Origin: a virus
Taxonomy: Duplodnaviria > Caudoviricetes
Direction: 5' to 3' (one strand)
Length of the DNA stretch: 58,179 nt
IMG/VR virus record: IMGVR_UViG_3300034170_000025
Span: 1 to 58,179 of that record
Of the stretch, positions 10,083 through 19,813 are shown in pieces. The number at the start of each line of letters is the position of its first letter. Position 1 is the first letter of the stretch. A program made the position numbers and the translations under genes. The notes beneath the pieces are model-generated. The model was not told the DNA's origin, ran no database searches, and worked only from the letters and a program-made list of their open reading frames with translations.

Positions 10083-10856
10083 ATGAGTAAGCGTCACCTA
10101 GTAATCGCAGATACCCAGAATAAGCCAGATGAAAGCCTTGAGTATATGGGCTACATCGGCAAGTTTATCGCTGACAAACGCCCGGACGTTATCGTCCATA
10201 TTGGTGATCACTGGGACTTCCCAAGTCTGTCGAGCTACGACAAAGGCAAGAAGGTTATGGAAGGCCGTAGAGTCATTGATGACGTCAAGGCTGGACATGA
10301 CGGCATGCTTGAGTTGATGAAGCCTATCATCGCACTACAGGAGCAACAGCGTGCAAGTAAGAAGAAGGTTTACAACCCTAAAATGGTATTTACTCCTGGC
10401 AATCACGAGGATCGGTTTGACCGCTACGCCAATGACAACCCAGAGCTTTACGGCCTTGTTGGTGTGGATTCCCTCAATATTGAACAGTACGGCTGGGAAG
10501 TTGCTGACTATCTGAAACCAGTTTGCATTGATGGTATCTATTACGTCCACTACTTGGTAAACCCAATGAATGGACGCCCCCGAGCTGGTAATGCCGCTGC
10601 ACAGTTGAAGGCTGTAGGTTCTTCATTCGTTGTTGGTCACAAGCAGGTTCTGGATATTGCCATCGCTGATAACCAACTTGATGGTAAATACCGCATTGGC
10701 ATTATCAACGGTGCGTGCTATCCTCATGACGAAGCGTACAAAGGGCACCAAGGCAACAACCACTTCCGTGGTATCATGGTCTTGAACGAAGTTGAGGATG
10801 GCTTCGGCTTGCCTTGCCCAGTGTCTCTAGACTTCTTGACTAAAAAATACGCTTGA
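10083..10856 (+). CDS. Calcineurin-like metallophosphoesterase
   Basis: IADTQ, HIGDHWD, GNHE, VGH motifs. Confidence 0.88.
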   Translation: MSKRHLVIADTQNKPDESLEYMGYIGKFIADKRPDVIVHIGDHWDFPSLSSYDKGKKVMEGRRVIDDVKAGHDGMLELMKPIIALQEQQRASKKKVYNPKMVFTPGNHEDRFDRYANDNPELYGLVGVDSLNIEQYGWEVADYLKPVCIDGIYYVHYLVNPMNGRPRAGNAAAQLKAVGSSFVVGHKQVLDIAIADNQLDGKYRIGIINGACYPHDEAYKGHQGNNHFRGIMVLNEVEDGFGLPCPVSLDFLTKKYA

Positions 10857-10881
10857 CATCACTCTGGGGCTATCGTAAGAT
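10853..10881 (+). promoter_or_regulatory. sigma70 promoter
   Basis: TTGACA-17-TAAGAT; -10 lies within the GGGCTATC-GTAA-GATAGCCC hairpin. Confidence 0.75.
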
Positions 10882-10907
10882 AGCCCTCCTTTCGTTAAGG
10901 AGGTTTT

Positions 10908-11084
10908 ATGAAGCACGTAATTCTTGATAACACATACACTGTAGAGCAAATTGAAGACCTTGAGTTTTATGTTCAAAGGGCTTTTGATGAGGCTGGTCCA
11001 GCCATGCTGAAAGAACACGGTGAGGATGCTTGTATGAAAGCTACCTTCAGAGTTCGAATCGAGGTGGAGTTCGATGCAGAGTAA
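10908..11084 (+). CDS. Hypothetical protein (58 aa, not in ORF track)
   Basis: AAGGAGG SD; MKHVILDNTY...EFDAE. Confidence 0.7.
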   Translation: MKHVILDNTYTVEQIEDLEFYVQRAFDEAGPAMLKEHGEDACMKATFRVRIEVEFDAE

Positions 11085-11310
11085 GAAGCAGTCTCTCAAA
11101 GAAACACTTACCAACACTGGCGTTGGCATGGTGGGTAGTTGGCTCATTACGATGGGCACATTCAGCGCCCTTGGGGTTTCGAGTGTAGCAGGCAATGCAC
11201 TAGCCTCCACTGTAGCCACAATCGGCTGTACAGTTTGGAGCATTGGGCGTGGCTATACGATCAGACGCTATTTTAATAAACAACATCAGAAGGAGAAGAC
11301 AAATGAGTGA
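11074..11310 (+). CDS. Small membrane protein
   Basis: Two hydrophobic segments; QSKKQSLKE..N..VG and RGYTIRRYFN pattern. Confidence 0.7.
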   Translation: MQSKKQSLKETLTNTGVGMVGSWLITMGTFSALGVSSVAGNALASTVATIGCTVWSIGRGYTIRRYFNKQHQKEKTNE

Positions 11311-11500
11311 GCTTGTGAGCTTGAAGGACGTTGTAAGCCTGCCAGAGGCAGTTGAGTTCCTAGAAGGACTGCTGACCCAGCATGGAGACACTGAAGACGC
11401 CATGATGATCTTGCTGTTGAAGGTCAGCCTTACAAAAGCAATCCTTGAGAAAGCACTAGGGGCTGACCCAATCATCGTTACATTGGAGGATGTGGAATGA
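11303..11500 (+). CDS. Hypothetical protein
   Basis: AAGGAG SD before ATG 11303. Confidence 0.65.
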   Translation: MSELVSLKDVVSLPEAVEFLEGLLTQHGDTEDAMMILLLKVSLTKAILEKALGADPIIVTLEDVE

Positions 11501-12150
11501 GTGTTAGAGTAATTACAATCCAAGAGATGCTAGATTTACCAAAAGGCGCTCACGCTGTTTTGGTAAAGAACGTCGATGATCTGGATGGCGGTGGCCTAGA
11601 GGCAGGGGCTGAACTGACCAAGAAGGGTGAAGTGTTTGATGACAAGCAAAGTGTAGGGTTTTGGCACTCAAGCGGGCAACGGTGGGACTTCTTTGAAGAG
11701 GGGGAAGTTGGAGTTGTTGAACAAACAGCTACAAATTTTGATCTGTCTGTCTTCTCACCAGAAACTGGTGAGCCTGTCCTGGGCGTATTTCGTCCTGATC
11801 TGGATACGCGAAAAGTTGGAAAGGTTCGTGTTGAGTTGGTCGACGAAGGCTTCCCACTCGCATTGCGTGAAGTTGCTAAGGTCATGACTTGGGCACAAAC
11901 TGCGAAAGGTTATAAAGACCACGACTGGCAAAACCTACCAAATGCTGAAGTTGCTTTAGCTGCTGCGGCCAGCCGCCATCGCACAGACCATATCGAACAA
12001 AGGGTTGTAAAAGGTCTTGACACTGAGGAGTGTGTGGATGTAGAATCCTCACTTCACCACAAGGCCCATGAAGCTTTTGGTGTACTCGCTCAACTTGAGT
12101 TGATGTTACGTGGCAAGTTTGTTGACAAGCATACTGCATACGCGGTATAA
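11497..12150 (+). CDS. dATP/dGTP diphosphohydrolase domain (DUF5664-like) fused to an N-terminal beta domain
   Basis: K..GK.RVELV...AL.EVAKVMT...KGY..HDW...AAASRH...H.AH pattern in the C-terminal half. Confidence 0.7.
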   Translation: MSVRVITIQEMLDLPKGAHAVLVKNVDDLDGGGLEAGAELTKKGEVFDDKQSVGFWHSSGQRWDFFEEGEVGVVEQTATNFDLSVFSPETGEPVLGVFRPDLDTRKVGKVRVELVDEGFPLALREVAKVMTWAQTAKGYKDHDWQNLPNAEVALAAAASRHRTDHIEQRVVKGLDTEECVDVESSLHHKAHEAFGVLAQLELMLRGKFVDKHTAYAV

Positions 12151-12151
12151 T
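12122..12151 (+). promoter_or_regulatory. sigma70 promoter
   Basis: TTGACA-18-TATAAT. Confidence 0.65.
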
Positions 12152-12219
12152 ATTACCCAAGCAAGACAATGAAAGGGAAACCCGTTAAAAGGTTTCCCTT
12201 TGTTATTTAAGGAGAATTA

Positions 12220-13128
12220 ATGACAATCACTGCCAAAATTATCGCTCACTCTATCTCACCATATGGTCATCATATCGTTACATGGGAGTTGGAGTACCCT
12301 CGTTTTATCCATGGGGAGTTTATGACTCACCGACTATTCTCTCGTAATGCAGCATCCAGTAGAGCTATTCCCGTAAAGAATATCATCGAACAAGTAAGAA
12401 ACAGCCCTGCAATGCCCATACATTGGGGAGTAAACGAGCCTGGAATGCAAGCGTCCAATGTGCTGTCTGATGCTCTAACCGCATCCGCGAAGTACATCTG
12501 GAAGAAGGCAGCAGAATATGCTGCTGATTTTGCTGAATGTCTTGTGAAGATCGGGTTACACAAGCAAGCAACAAACCGCATCCTCGAACCCTTCCAGACA
12601 ATGAAGACTGTAATGACAGCAACTTGTATGGACAACTTCTTCTGGTTGCGTAATCACCCAGACGCACAACCTGAAATCAAAGAGCTTGCTCGTTTGATGT
12701 GGGAAGCTTTGCAGGAGAGCAACCCTGTTATAATCGGCCCAGGTGATTGGCACGTTCCGTACTTTGGAACTGGGCAGTGGTATCACAACTACCCAGAGGA
12801 CAGCCTTAAAGATGCTCTGGCAATCTCGGCTAGCTGCTGCGCCCAAGTGAGTTACCGTAAGCTGGATGATACGCTGGAGAAGGCCCAGATGGTGTATAAA
12901 CGCCTTGTAGAGAGCGAGCCGGTACATGCCAGCCCATTCGAACACCAAGCCACGCCAATCGAGGTGCCTGATATGTTCTGTGAAGACTGTCAAGAGCAAT
13001 CTGTCTGGGAAGACGGCGTAACCCACGTAGACCGTAACAAGAAGTTCTGGTCTGGCAATTTTATCGGTTGGATTCAACATCGCCAACTTATTCCGAATAA
13101 CGTTTGCACTAAATACGAGGCTAAATAA
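12220..13128 (+). CDS. thyX: Flavin-dependent thymidylate synthase
   Basis: THRLFSRNAASSRAIP, HKQATNRILEPF, AQPEI, HASPFEH motifs. Confidence 0.92.
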   Translation: MTITAKIIAHSISPYGHHIVTWELEYPRFIHGEFMTHRLFSRNAASSRAIPVKNIIEQVRNSPAMPIHWGVNEPGMQASNVLSDALTASAKYIWKKAAEYAADFAECLVKIGLHKQATNRILEPFQTMKTVMTATCMDNFFWLRNHPDAQPEIKELARLMWEALQESNPVIIGPGDWHVPYFGTGQWYHNYPEDSLKDALAISASCCAQVSYRKLDDTLEKAQMVYKRLVESEPVHASPFEHQATPIEVPDMFCEDCQEQSVWEDGVTHVDRNKKFWSGNFIGWIQHRQLIPNNVCTKYEAK

Positions 13129-13466
13129 TGGCTGATTACGCACTGAGTTTCCACGACCTGATGATGGTTGATGGCTTTAAAGAAGCACACGATACACAGA
13201 ACAAGAAAGTATTCGAAGCGATTCTACAGACGAATGGCTTTGAGGTGAGTTTGGGTTACGAGCTTGTAGCCTGCAACCACCGAACAATCAACAACATTGA
13301 GTACTACGGAATTCGTGTTGAAGGTTTTGAACGTACAGATAAGGCATGGATTGACACAGGATGTGCGAGCATGGAAGCCCAGATCGAAGCAGCTAAAGAC
13401 AAGAGCCTGAGACATACGCTACGTCAAATGAGTTATCAGGGTACACTAACTCCTATCAGTGAATAA
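13128..13466 (+). CDS. Hypothetical protein
   Basis: TAATG coupling with thyX. Confidence 0.7.
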   Translation: MADYALSFHDLMMVDGFKEAHDTQNKKVFEAILQTNGFEVSLGYELVACNHRTINNIEYYGIRVEGFERTDKAWIDTGCASMEAQIEAAKDKSLRHTLRQMSYQGTLTPISE

Positions 13467-13474
13467 GGAAACAT

Positions 13475-14533
13475 ATGACCAATAAGACAAGATCGGAGGC
13501 GGGCGTAATGCCCGTCCCGTTTGACTGGAACGCCAAGACTCGAATTATGACTGAGACAGACAGTTACGCAATTGTCTATCCACAGTTCTTAGAGTTTGCT
13601 GACCAGCAGTTCGACAAGCAGTTCTGGACAAACACAGAAATGAAGGTTGAGCTTGACCGGATGCAGTTGCTGTTTGAGTTAACTCCAGCACAGTTACACG
13701 CTGTAAAATTTGTACTCCAACTGTTCCTCAAGTATGAGTTGATTGTTGGTGAAGAGTTTTGGAATGGACTATTTATTAGGGTCTTCCCAACTCCCGAAGC
13801 TAAGGCTATGGCTGCGGCTTTTGCTGCATTTGAACTTCAAGTTCATGCACGGTTCTACAACCAACTAAATGTGCAACTTGGCCTCGACACAGACGAACAT
13901 TATCGTGCGTATGCTGCTAACCCTGAGTTGGCTGCACGTGTTGAGTGGCTTGAAAAGGTACTTAGTGGGGAAGACAAACTGCTGTCTGTTATAGTTTTCT
14001 CGATGACTGAGACTGCGTTGCTCTTTGCTAGCTTCGCAATCCTGAAGAGCTTTCAAACTAATGGGTACAACAAAATCGCTGTAACTGTTCGTGGAACTAA
14101 CCAGTCTGCAATTGATGAAGACTTGCATGGCTTGGCCGCAGCCTGGGCAGTTAACCAACACTACAAAGAGTTGGGACGTCCGCTGCGTGAGGACACTGTA
14201 AGAGTTGAACAGATTTACAAGGCTATTCAATATGCCTACGAACATGAATGTTTGATCATTGATCTTGCGTTCCTTGAAGATACGCTCAATGGTATGACTA
14301 AAGAAGACTTCAAGAACTACATCAAAGTGAGGCTTAACGTCTTTGCAGAACGCCTCGGACTTGATCTTCCATTCCCTGGAGTTACCTCTCCAATCACTAA
14401 GTGGTTTGAGCTGGGCACAGACTCGTATAAAATGGTTGACTTCTTTACGCCTGGAATGGGCCTTGAATATGAGAGTGGCTGGGATGAAACTGGGTTCATT
14501 CGTGGATATATTGAAACAGGGGAAATTGAATGA
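13475..14533 (+). CDS. nrdB: Ribonucleotide reductase class I beta subunit
   Basis: Di-iron motifs ELQVHARFY and DEDLH; adjacent to nrdA. Confidence 0.9.
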   Translation: MTNKTRSEAGVMPVPFDWNAKTRIMTETDSYAIVYPQFLEFADQQFDKQFWTNTEMKVELDRMQLLFELTPAQLHAVKFVLQLFLKYELIVGEEFWNGLFIRVFPTPEAKAMAAAFAAFELQVHARFYNQLNVQLGLDTDEHYRAYAANPELAARVEWLEKVLSGEDKLLSVIVFSMTETALLFASFAILKSFQTNGYNKIAVTVRGTNQSAIDEDLHGLAAAWAVNQHYKELGRPLREDTVRVEQIYKAIQYAYEHECLIIDLAFLEDTLNGMTKEDFKNYIKVRLNVFAERLGLDLPFPGVTSPITKWFELGTDSYKMVDFFTPGMGLEYESGWDETGFIRGYIETGEIE

Positions 14534-16260
14534 ATTACTCAGCACTGAGAAAACAACAGATTGAGGATGGAGTGTGCCCACCGTGGTACACTACCGGGGG
14601 TATCCAGTTGTTCTACGACAAGTACTCGTATAACAATGAAACAGTTAAGAGCCGCTTCCGTGCAGTTGCACGGGCACTGGCACAGCACGCTCCTGAAAGT
14701 TACCCTGAGTGGTGGAACGCCAACCCATACTGGGCAGGGAAGACTTGGGAAGACGCATTCTACCAGACGATGTGGGACGGTTTTATCAGCCCCTCCACTC
14801 CGCTCCTTGCTAATGGTGGCCTGCGTCATCGTGGCACGACTGTAAGCTGTGCTGGTGGCAACGTTGGCAATAGTCTGGCAGATCGTTATGACTTCTTAAC
14901 AGAAGCTGCTATCCTGACAAAACACAGCCACGGTACAAGTTACTGTATTGATGACTGGCCTGCCGAAGGTGATAAGATTCGTGGTGGACGTTCCCAGGGT
15001 GTGATGCCTTTGATTCGTGACATCATCAACGTGATGGAGGAAGTGGCTCAAGGTCCACGACGCGGGAGTTGTGCATACAGCTTAAGACCACAACACGGTG
15101 ACTTTGATAAGGTGGCTGATTACCTGTATGAGCGTACCGAGAGTAACAATGTTGGTTGGCTAATCGATGATGAATTTATCGACCTGATGAAGGAAGAAGA
15201 CCCAGAGGCTCTACGCAAGTTTGCTAAGATGCTTGGGATTAAGATGCCACGTGGTAAGGGCTACTTTTCGTTCATTGACAAGATGAACCGCAGGCTGGCT
15301 AAAGCCTTTAAGCGAGCTGGAAGACGTGCTCGTGCATCAAACCTGTGCCAAGAGACAAACTTGATTGCAGATGATGACTACACATTTAGTTGTGTTATCC
15401 TCAACTATAACCTTGAGCTGTACCGTAGCTGGCCTGAACACCTTGTGTTTGTTGGTCAAGTTATGAGTGATTGCAACGTAAGTGAATATATTGAGACGAT
15501 GGAGACCACGCTGTCTAAGAAAGACTTGAGAGCAATGGAGAAAATCCTACGCTTTACCAAGGAATTCCGTGCACTGGGTTCTGGCGTTCTGGGGCTACAC
15601 ACCCTGTTCCAGGCTGAGATGTTGTCTGTCTCTAGCATGGAAGCCATGATGTTGAACACAAAGATTTTCCGTGGCATCGAGAAGGATGCAATCTCGGCGA
15701 ACTCTTGGTTGGCAGTTACTATGGGAGAGCCTGTAGGCTGTGCAGGGCTTGGACAACGCAATGCTACAATGCTGATGATGCCTCCTACCAAATCAACCGC
15801 TGAGTTGATGGCAGGAGCTTCTGAGGGTATTGGCCTGGACGTTGCCATGTGCTTCACCAAACAATCCGCTGGTGGTGAATTCTTCCGCATCAACAAAGTG
15901 CTGTTAGAGTTGATCAAGAGGAAGGGGTTGGATATCAGCCAGTGTGTTAAAGACATGAACTCCCAAAAAGGTTCTGTGCAACACGTAAGCTGGTTGAGCG
16001 ACGAAGAGAAGGCTGTATTCAGAACAGCATTTGAGATTCCAATGGAAGATCACTTGCGTCTGTGTTCCCAACGTCAGAACTACATCGACCAAGGTCAGAG
16101 TATTAACCTCTACTTTACGTCGAATGACACACCAGAGTATATTGGCAAGATTCACCGTATCGCTTTTGACGATCCAAATATCCTGTCTCTGTACTACATC
16201 TATTCCATGAGGGGCGCCGGGGAAATTACCCGTGTAGAATCTTGTGAGATGTGCCAATAA
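14530..16260 (+). CDS. nrdA: Ribonucleotide reductase class I alpha subunit, no ATP cone
   Basis: SPSTP, VSC, SNLCQE, PPTKST, DQGQSINL, SLYY, C-terminal CEMCQ. Confidence 0.93.
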   Translation: MNYSALRKQQIEDGVCPPWYTTGGIQLFYDKYSYNNETVKSRFRAVARALAQHAPESYPEWWNANPYWAGKTWEDAFYQTMWDGFISPSTPLLANGGLRHRGTTVSCAGGNVGNSLADRYDFLTEAAILTKHSHGTSYCIDDWPAEGDKIRGGRSQGVMPLIRDIINVMEEVAQGPRRGSCAYSLRPQHGDFDKVADYLYERTESNNVGWLIDDEFIDLMKEEDPEALRKFAKMLGIKMPRGKGYFSFIDKMNRRLAKAFKRAGRRARASNLCQETNLIADDDYTFSCVILNYNLELYRSWPEHLVFVGQVMSDCNVSEYIETMETTLSKKDLRAMEKILRFTKEFRALGSGVLGLHTLFQAEMLSVSSMEAMMLNTKIFRGIEKDAISANSWLAVTMGEPVGCAGLGQRNATMLMMPPTKSTAELMAGASEGIGLDVAMCFTKQSAGGEFFRINKVLLELIKRKGLDISQCVKDMNSQKGSVQHVSWLSDEEKAVFRTAFEIPMEDHLRLCSQRQNYIDQGQSINLYFTSNDTPEYIGKIHRIAFDDPNILSLYYIYSMRGAGEITRVESCEMCQ

Positions 16261-16267
16261 TGGCTCA

Positions 16268-16290
16268 GGGGCGCCTAGCGCCCCATTTTA
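16268..16290 (+). terminator. Intrinsic terminator
   Basis: GGGGCGC-CTA-GCGCCCC followed by ATTTT. Confidence 0.65.
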
Positions 16291-16303
16291 ATGGAGAAAT
16301 AAA

Positions 16304-16663
16304 ATGACACCAGTAATAAATGTCACTAACCTAAACGATGGCAGATGGGTGACAACAACTGTAGACAACACTGGCTGCACAATAGAGGTGTTCTCTGGCG
16401 GCGGACCTGCTGACTCAACGGTTCACATGACCCCAACCCAGAGTAAGCCTTGGGTGGCTTTCCTAGCCAATAGTGAAGAGGTGAGGGCTTTAGAGCTACT
16501 TCTAGAGGTTCAGATAGCCTTTGAGACTGAGATGGGAGCTGATCTTATCGCCTTCAATAGCCAAGCTCTGACGAAAGACCCTGTAACAAAGGTGTATACT
16601 CAAGCTGTAACTCGCCTGGCTTTCGATGCCTACAAAAAAGGTCTTGACGGCCCTCCAGCCTAA
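16304..16663 (+). CDS. Hypothetical protein
   Basis: GGAG SD. Confidence 0.7.
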   Translation: MTPVINVTNLNDGRWVTTTVDNTGCTIEVFSGGGPADSTVHMTPTQSKPWVAFLANSEEVRALELLLEVQIAFETEMGADLIAFNSQALTKDPVTKVYTQAVTRLAFDAYKKGLDGPPA

Positions 16664-16672
16664 GCGTAGAAT
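16644..16672 (+). promoter_or_regulatory. sigma70 promoter
   Basis: TTGACG-17-TAGAAT. Confidence 0.65.
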
Positions 16673-16707
16673 CGCCCCCATCGACAGACGTCCTTGGGGG
16701 CATTTTT

Positions 16708-16926
16708 ATGAGCTACAACCTTAGAACAGACAAGGGAACACTCTTTGGCCGGGTGGATAATAATCTTGCTGGCAAGATGCTGAAAGACTGCAAAGGTCAT
16801 TGGGCAGAGAAGAAGTTTGTGAGCGGTGTTGTTAAGAATGTTTTCGTTTTTACTGAGGACATGACCTACGGTACGGACGTTATGAAAGTATTCTTGTTTG
16901 AAGGCTTCTATATGGAGGAAATGTAA
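16708..16926 (+). CDS. Hypothetical protein
   Basis: First of a TAATG-coupled gene string. Confidence 0.65.
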   Translation: MSYNLRTDKGTLFGRVDNNLAGKMLKDCKGHWAEKKFVSGVVKNVFVFTEDMTYGTDVMKVFLFEGFYMEEM

Positions 16927-17120
16927 TGACACCACGCGAAGAAGCAATCGCTGACATGAAGTATGCAAAGAGTTTGGGCATGACTGCATTAAAGCAGCAC
17001 TACATGATCTGGCGTGGAGCTACAGTTCCGTATCCATCGGACGTTGCAGAATACGCTAGCGTTGTGATGGAAATCTATGGTAAACTTGACACTGAAGACT
17101 GTATGCTAAAGGGGGCATAA
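16926..17120 (+). CDS. Hypothetical protein
   Basis: TAATG coupling; GGAGG SD. Confidence 0.65.
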   Translation: MTPREEAIADMKYAKSLGMTALKQHYMIWRGATVPYPSDVAEYASVVMEIYGKLDTEDCMLKGA

Positions 17121-17458
17121 TGCGACACACCGAGAAACGCTTTCTAACAGAAGACGCCGGGGAAACTGGCTCGATGGTTTGCACTGTAGAAACAATGCGT
17201 GTAAAAGATATGGACGAGTGGACTTTAGGTCGTGATCCGCACATCAGTGGTGACATTCAAATTCGAGACTGCGGCGGTCGTCCAATTAATCTGGACTTTG
17301 ACGCATACGGTGAGAAACAGTTTAAGAAACGCCTTGACAAGCTGGATGGGATGATTGCACAATTGCAGCGAATGAGGACTCAGTACCACGAAATGTGGTG
17401 GAGTCACCTACGCGACATCGAGTATAAAAAGGCTGAACTGGCGAAGGGAGGGAAGTGA
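17120..17458 (+). CDS. Hypothetical protein
   Basis: TAATG coupling. Confidence 0.7.
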   Translation: MRHTEKRFLTEDAGETGSMVCTVETMRVKDMDEWTLGRDPHISGDIQIRDCGGRPINLDFDAYGEKQFKKRLDKLDGMIAQLQRMRTQYHEMWWSHLRDIEYKKAELAKGGK

Positions 17459-17673
17459 TGGCTGAGTACAATATTCGAGTTACAAAATGGTGCAAACCCA
17501 AGGAAATTTTGTTTGAGTACAGCTCTCCAATCCCACCTTCTAAGGGTGACGTTATTTGGTATCGAGATAAAGCTTTCAGCGTTGGTTTGGTTAGCTATAT
17601 CCTCACGTCCTCCCAACAACAGGTTGGAGAGTACAACTATCTTGACTACATTGAAGTGCAGGTGATTCGATGA
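17458..17673 (+). CDS. Hypothetical protein
   Basis: TGATG coupling; GGAGG SD. Confidence 0.6.
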   Translation: MAEYNIRVTKWCKPKEILFEYSSPIPPSKGDVIWYRDKAFSVGLVSYILTSSQQQVGEYNYLDYIEVQVIR

Positions 17674-18290
17674 ACAAGCTCGTTATTATTGGCGGTGGAA
17701 CATTCAACCACATCTCTTGCCACCTTGCCCTGGCGGCTCCAGCGTTCGGTCAGACAGCCATAAATATGGCCCTCTGGGCAGAACAAATGGACACTGGCAT
17801 GGAGGTTGTTCTCAAGCTCACAAAGATGGCTGACCGTTCTAGTGAAATTTTTACAAATGACGACCTGCACAACTACGTCAGCACTTTGTTGGATGACCCG
17901 CTGGTGAAGATCATTGTAATGAACGCCGCTGTCTGTGATTTTAAGGCTGAGAACCCCTCTAATGAGACTCGGCTGTCTAGCAGTAGGGACTACACAGTCA
18001 CGCTAGAAGGAATCCGCACAAAGATCATGGGCATGATTCAATATCGCCGACCTGATATTGTTGTTTGTGGCTTTAAGACAACACATGGTGCCTCAGAGGC
18101 TGAACAAATACGAAAAGCTGTTGACAGCATGAACGCAAATAGCTTGCCATTGGTTCTGGCAAACGACCTAGAAACCCGAAGGAATATTTTGGTGTGTGAC
18201 TCAGGCCGTAACTTCTTCGATAATCGTGAATCCTTGCTTCGAAGGATGCTTGGACACGCTCTGTATAAAGCGAGACAGAAATGTGGTTGA
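17670..18290 (+). CDS. CoaB/DFP-like protein (phosphopantothenoylcysteine synthetase fold)
   Basis: IIGGGT, MNAAVCDF, VCGFKTT, VLANDL match CoaB motifs (TAGPT, AAVADF, VGFAAE/FK, IVAND). Confidence 0.75.
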   Translation: MNKLVIIGGGTFNHISCHLALAAPAFGQTAINMALWAEQMDTGMEVVLKLTKMADRSSEIFTNDDLHNYVSTLLDDPLVKIIVMNAAVCDFKAENPSNETRLSSSRDYTVTLEGIRTKIMGMIQYRRPDIVVCGFKTTHGASEAEQIRKAVDSMNANSLPLVLANDLETRRNILVCDSGRNFFDNRESLLRRMLGHALYKARQKCG

Positions 18291-18496
18291 TTAAAACCCA
18301 GTTTGGGTATAAACTACAGAGCTGGGATGGCACCCTGTTAAAGTACTTTGCTATGGCGTGTGACTCTAAGGCTTGGATAATGGCTGAAGGTTTGGCTCCT
18401 ATCTATTTGACAAAGAAAACCCCAAAGGCAACTAAAGATTTATACACAGAAGCCACAGGACAAACCCTGTGGTTCGATCAGGAGGAACAATGGTAG
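18281..18496 (+). CDS. Hypothetical protein
   Basis: Overlaps co-oriented neighbours. Confidence 0.55.
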   Translation: MWLIKTQFGYKLQSWDGTLLKYFAMACDSKAWIMAEGLAPIYLTKKTPKATKDLYTEATGQTLWFDQEEQW

Positions 18497-18735
18497 CTGA
18501 CGCAGTAACAATCTACGGTAAATCTCAATGCAGCTCTTGCGAGCAGTCAAAATCTGTGCTAAAGTCTCGCAACATTGACTTTGAGTACAAGCAGCTTGAT
18601 CGTGATTTCACGATGGCTGAGTTGATGGACCTTCTTGATCACCTGGGCATGATGGGTTTCCGAACCTTCCCGCTTATTGTTCAGAAAGGCAAAGGTTACA
18701 CTTTCGCAAACATCAAAGACGTTGAAGGAGAATAA
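18490..18735 (+). CDS. Glutaredoxin
   Basis: IYGKSQCSSC, RTFPLI; GGAGG SD. Confidence 0.88.
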   Translation: MVADAVTIYGKSQCSSCEQSKSVLKSRNIDFEYKQLDRDFTMAELMDLLDHLGMMGFRTFPLIVQKGKGYTFANIKDVEGE

Positions 18736-18737
18736 CT

Positions 18738-18923
18738 ATGTCGCAATATGCTACTGATCGAATCGCTTCTATTCTGGATCGAATCCAAGAGCTTCACGCC
18801 GAGGCACGAGCTTTGTCGGACGAATACAATATCCCGTTTGACTTGGAGCTTGAAGGCGGACGTAACTACAATGTTACTGCCGAGTACGAACCTGGCTATA
18901 ACTGGCTGTCGTCTAACTGCTAA
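18738..18923 (+). CDS. Small protein, WxSSxC-tail family copy 1
   Basis: AAGGAG SD; ends NWLSSNC. Confidence 0.75.
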   Translation: MSQYATDRIASILDRIQELHAEARALSDEYNIPFDLELEGGRNYNVTAEYEPGYNWLSSNC

Positions 18924-18937
18924 TAAAGGAGAACACA

Positions 18938-19351
18938 TTGAGCATCAATAACCTAGAAGTATTTGAAGTGGCACGTATTCACGCTGGACTTGGTCACTTG
19001 CAAGACACCATCTATCGTGGTAACGTGGAAGCTGGCTGGTGGGAGAACATCTCCACAGGCGTTGCTCACCCTAAAGGTGACATCACTCTAATCTTGTCCA
19101 AACTGGCCCTGGTACACTCTGAGGTATCTGAGGCCGTTGAAGGCGTCCGTAAAGGCTTGATGGATGACCACTTGAAAGAGCGTCCAATGGCTGAGGTAGA
19201 ACTGGCTGACGCCATCATCCGCGCTATGGACCTTGCTGGTCATGAGGGTTGGGACTTGGCTGGGGCCATAGTTGAGAAGCTTTATTACAATGCTCAACGT
19301 GCTGACCACAAAATCGAGAATCGTTTAGCTGAAGGAGGTAAGAAAGCGTGA
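18938..19351 (+). CDS. MazG-like nucleotide pyrophosphohydrolase
   Basis: KLALVHSEVSEAVE..RK and EVELADAIIR (ExxE/ExxD) motifs. Confidence 0.85.
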   Translation: MSINNLEVFEVARIHAGLGHLQDTIYRGNVEAGWWENISTGVAHPKGDITLILSKLALVHSEVSEAVEGVRKGLMDDHLKERPMAEVELADAIIRAMDLAGHEGWDLAGAIVEKLYYNAQRADHKIENRLAEGGKKA

Positions 19352-19788
19352 AAACACTTCTATATATTGCAATCCAAGTTGCAAACGGAAGTCTTGATCT
19401 TGAAGGTGGCACCACTGTAGAAACTGAAAGCCAGTGCATCTACGTCAAGAATGGGCGTGAGTATAAGGATGAACACTATCTGGACAGCGAACGCCTTGGA
19501 CCAGACAAGTATGACTTTGAACTCGAATCGCAAGAGTTTACTGTAGAAGAAGTACAAGCCTATATCGATGGCCCATTTGCTGAAGAGCACGTAGCCTACG
19601 AAAAGGGACGCCGTGAAGCTGTCGCACGAGTAGCTGAACTGATCGAGCAAGTATCACCAGCTATGAGTGAGTTATTGACTCTGGCTAATGAGTTCAACAT
19701 TCCGGCTAATATCAAGGTGGGTAAGTACACCAATGACTTCCGCCTGATCGATGCTGTGGACTGGGATTCCAGTTCGATGTACTGCTAA
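19348..19788 (+). CDS. WxSSxC-tail family copy 2, with N-terminal extension
   Basis: GGAGG SD, GTGA overlap; ends DWDSSSMYC. Confidence 0.75.
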   Translation: MKTLLYIAIQVANGSLDLEGGTTVETESQCIYVKNGREYKDEHYLDSERLGPDKYDFELESQEFTVEEVQAYIDGPFAEEHVAYEKGRREAVARVAELIEQVSPAMSELLTLANEFNIPANIKVGKYTNDFRLIDAVDWDSSSMYC

Positions 19789-19813
19789 AATCCATAAACA
19801 AAGGAGAAACAAA

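Noticed and set aside
1957-16260. Inteins or introns in polA, nrdA, nrdB or thyX
   Set aside because: The ORFs are continuous and of normal length, with no intein C/HN termini or LAGLIDADG motifs seen.
11497-19351. Z-genome (2-aminoadenine) pathway suggested by the dATP/dGTP diphosphohydrolase domain and MazG-like gene
   Set aside because: No PurZ/PurA-like gene in the window, and both families are common in phages with unmodified DNA. It cannot be excluded outside the window.
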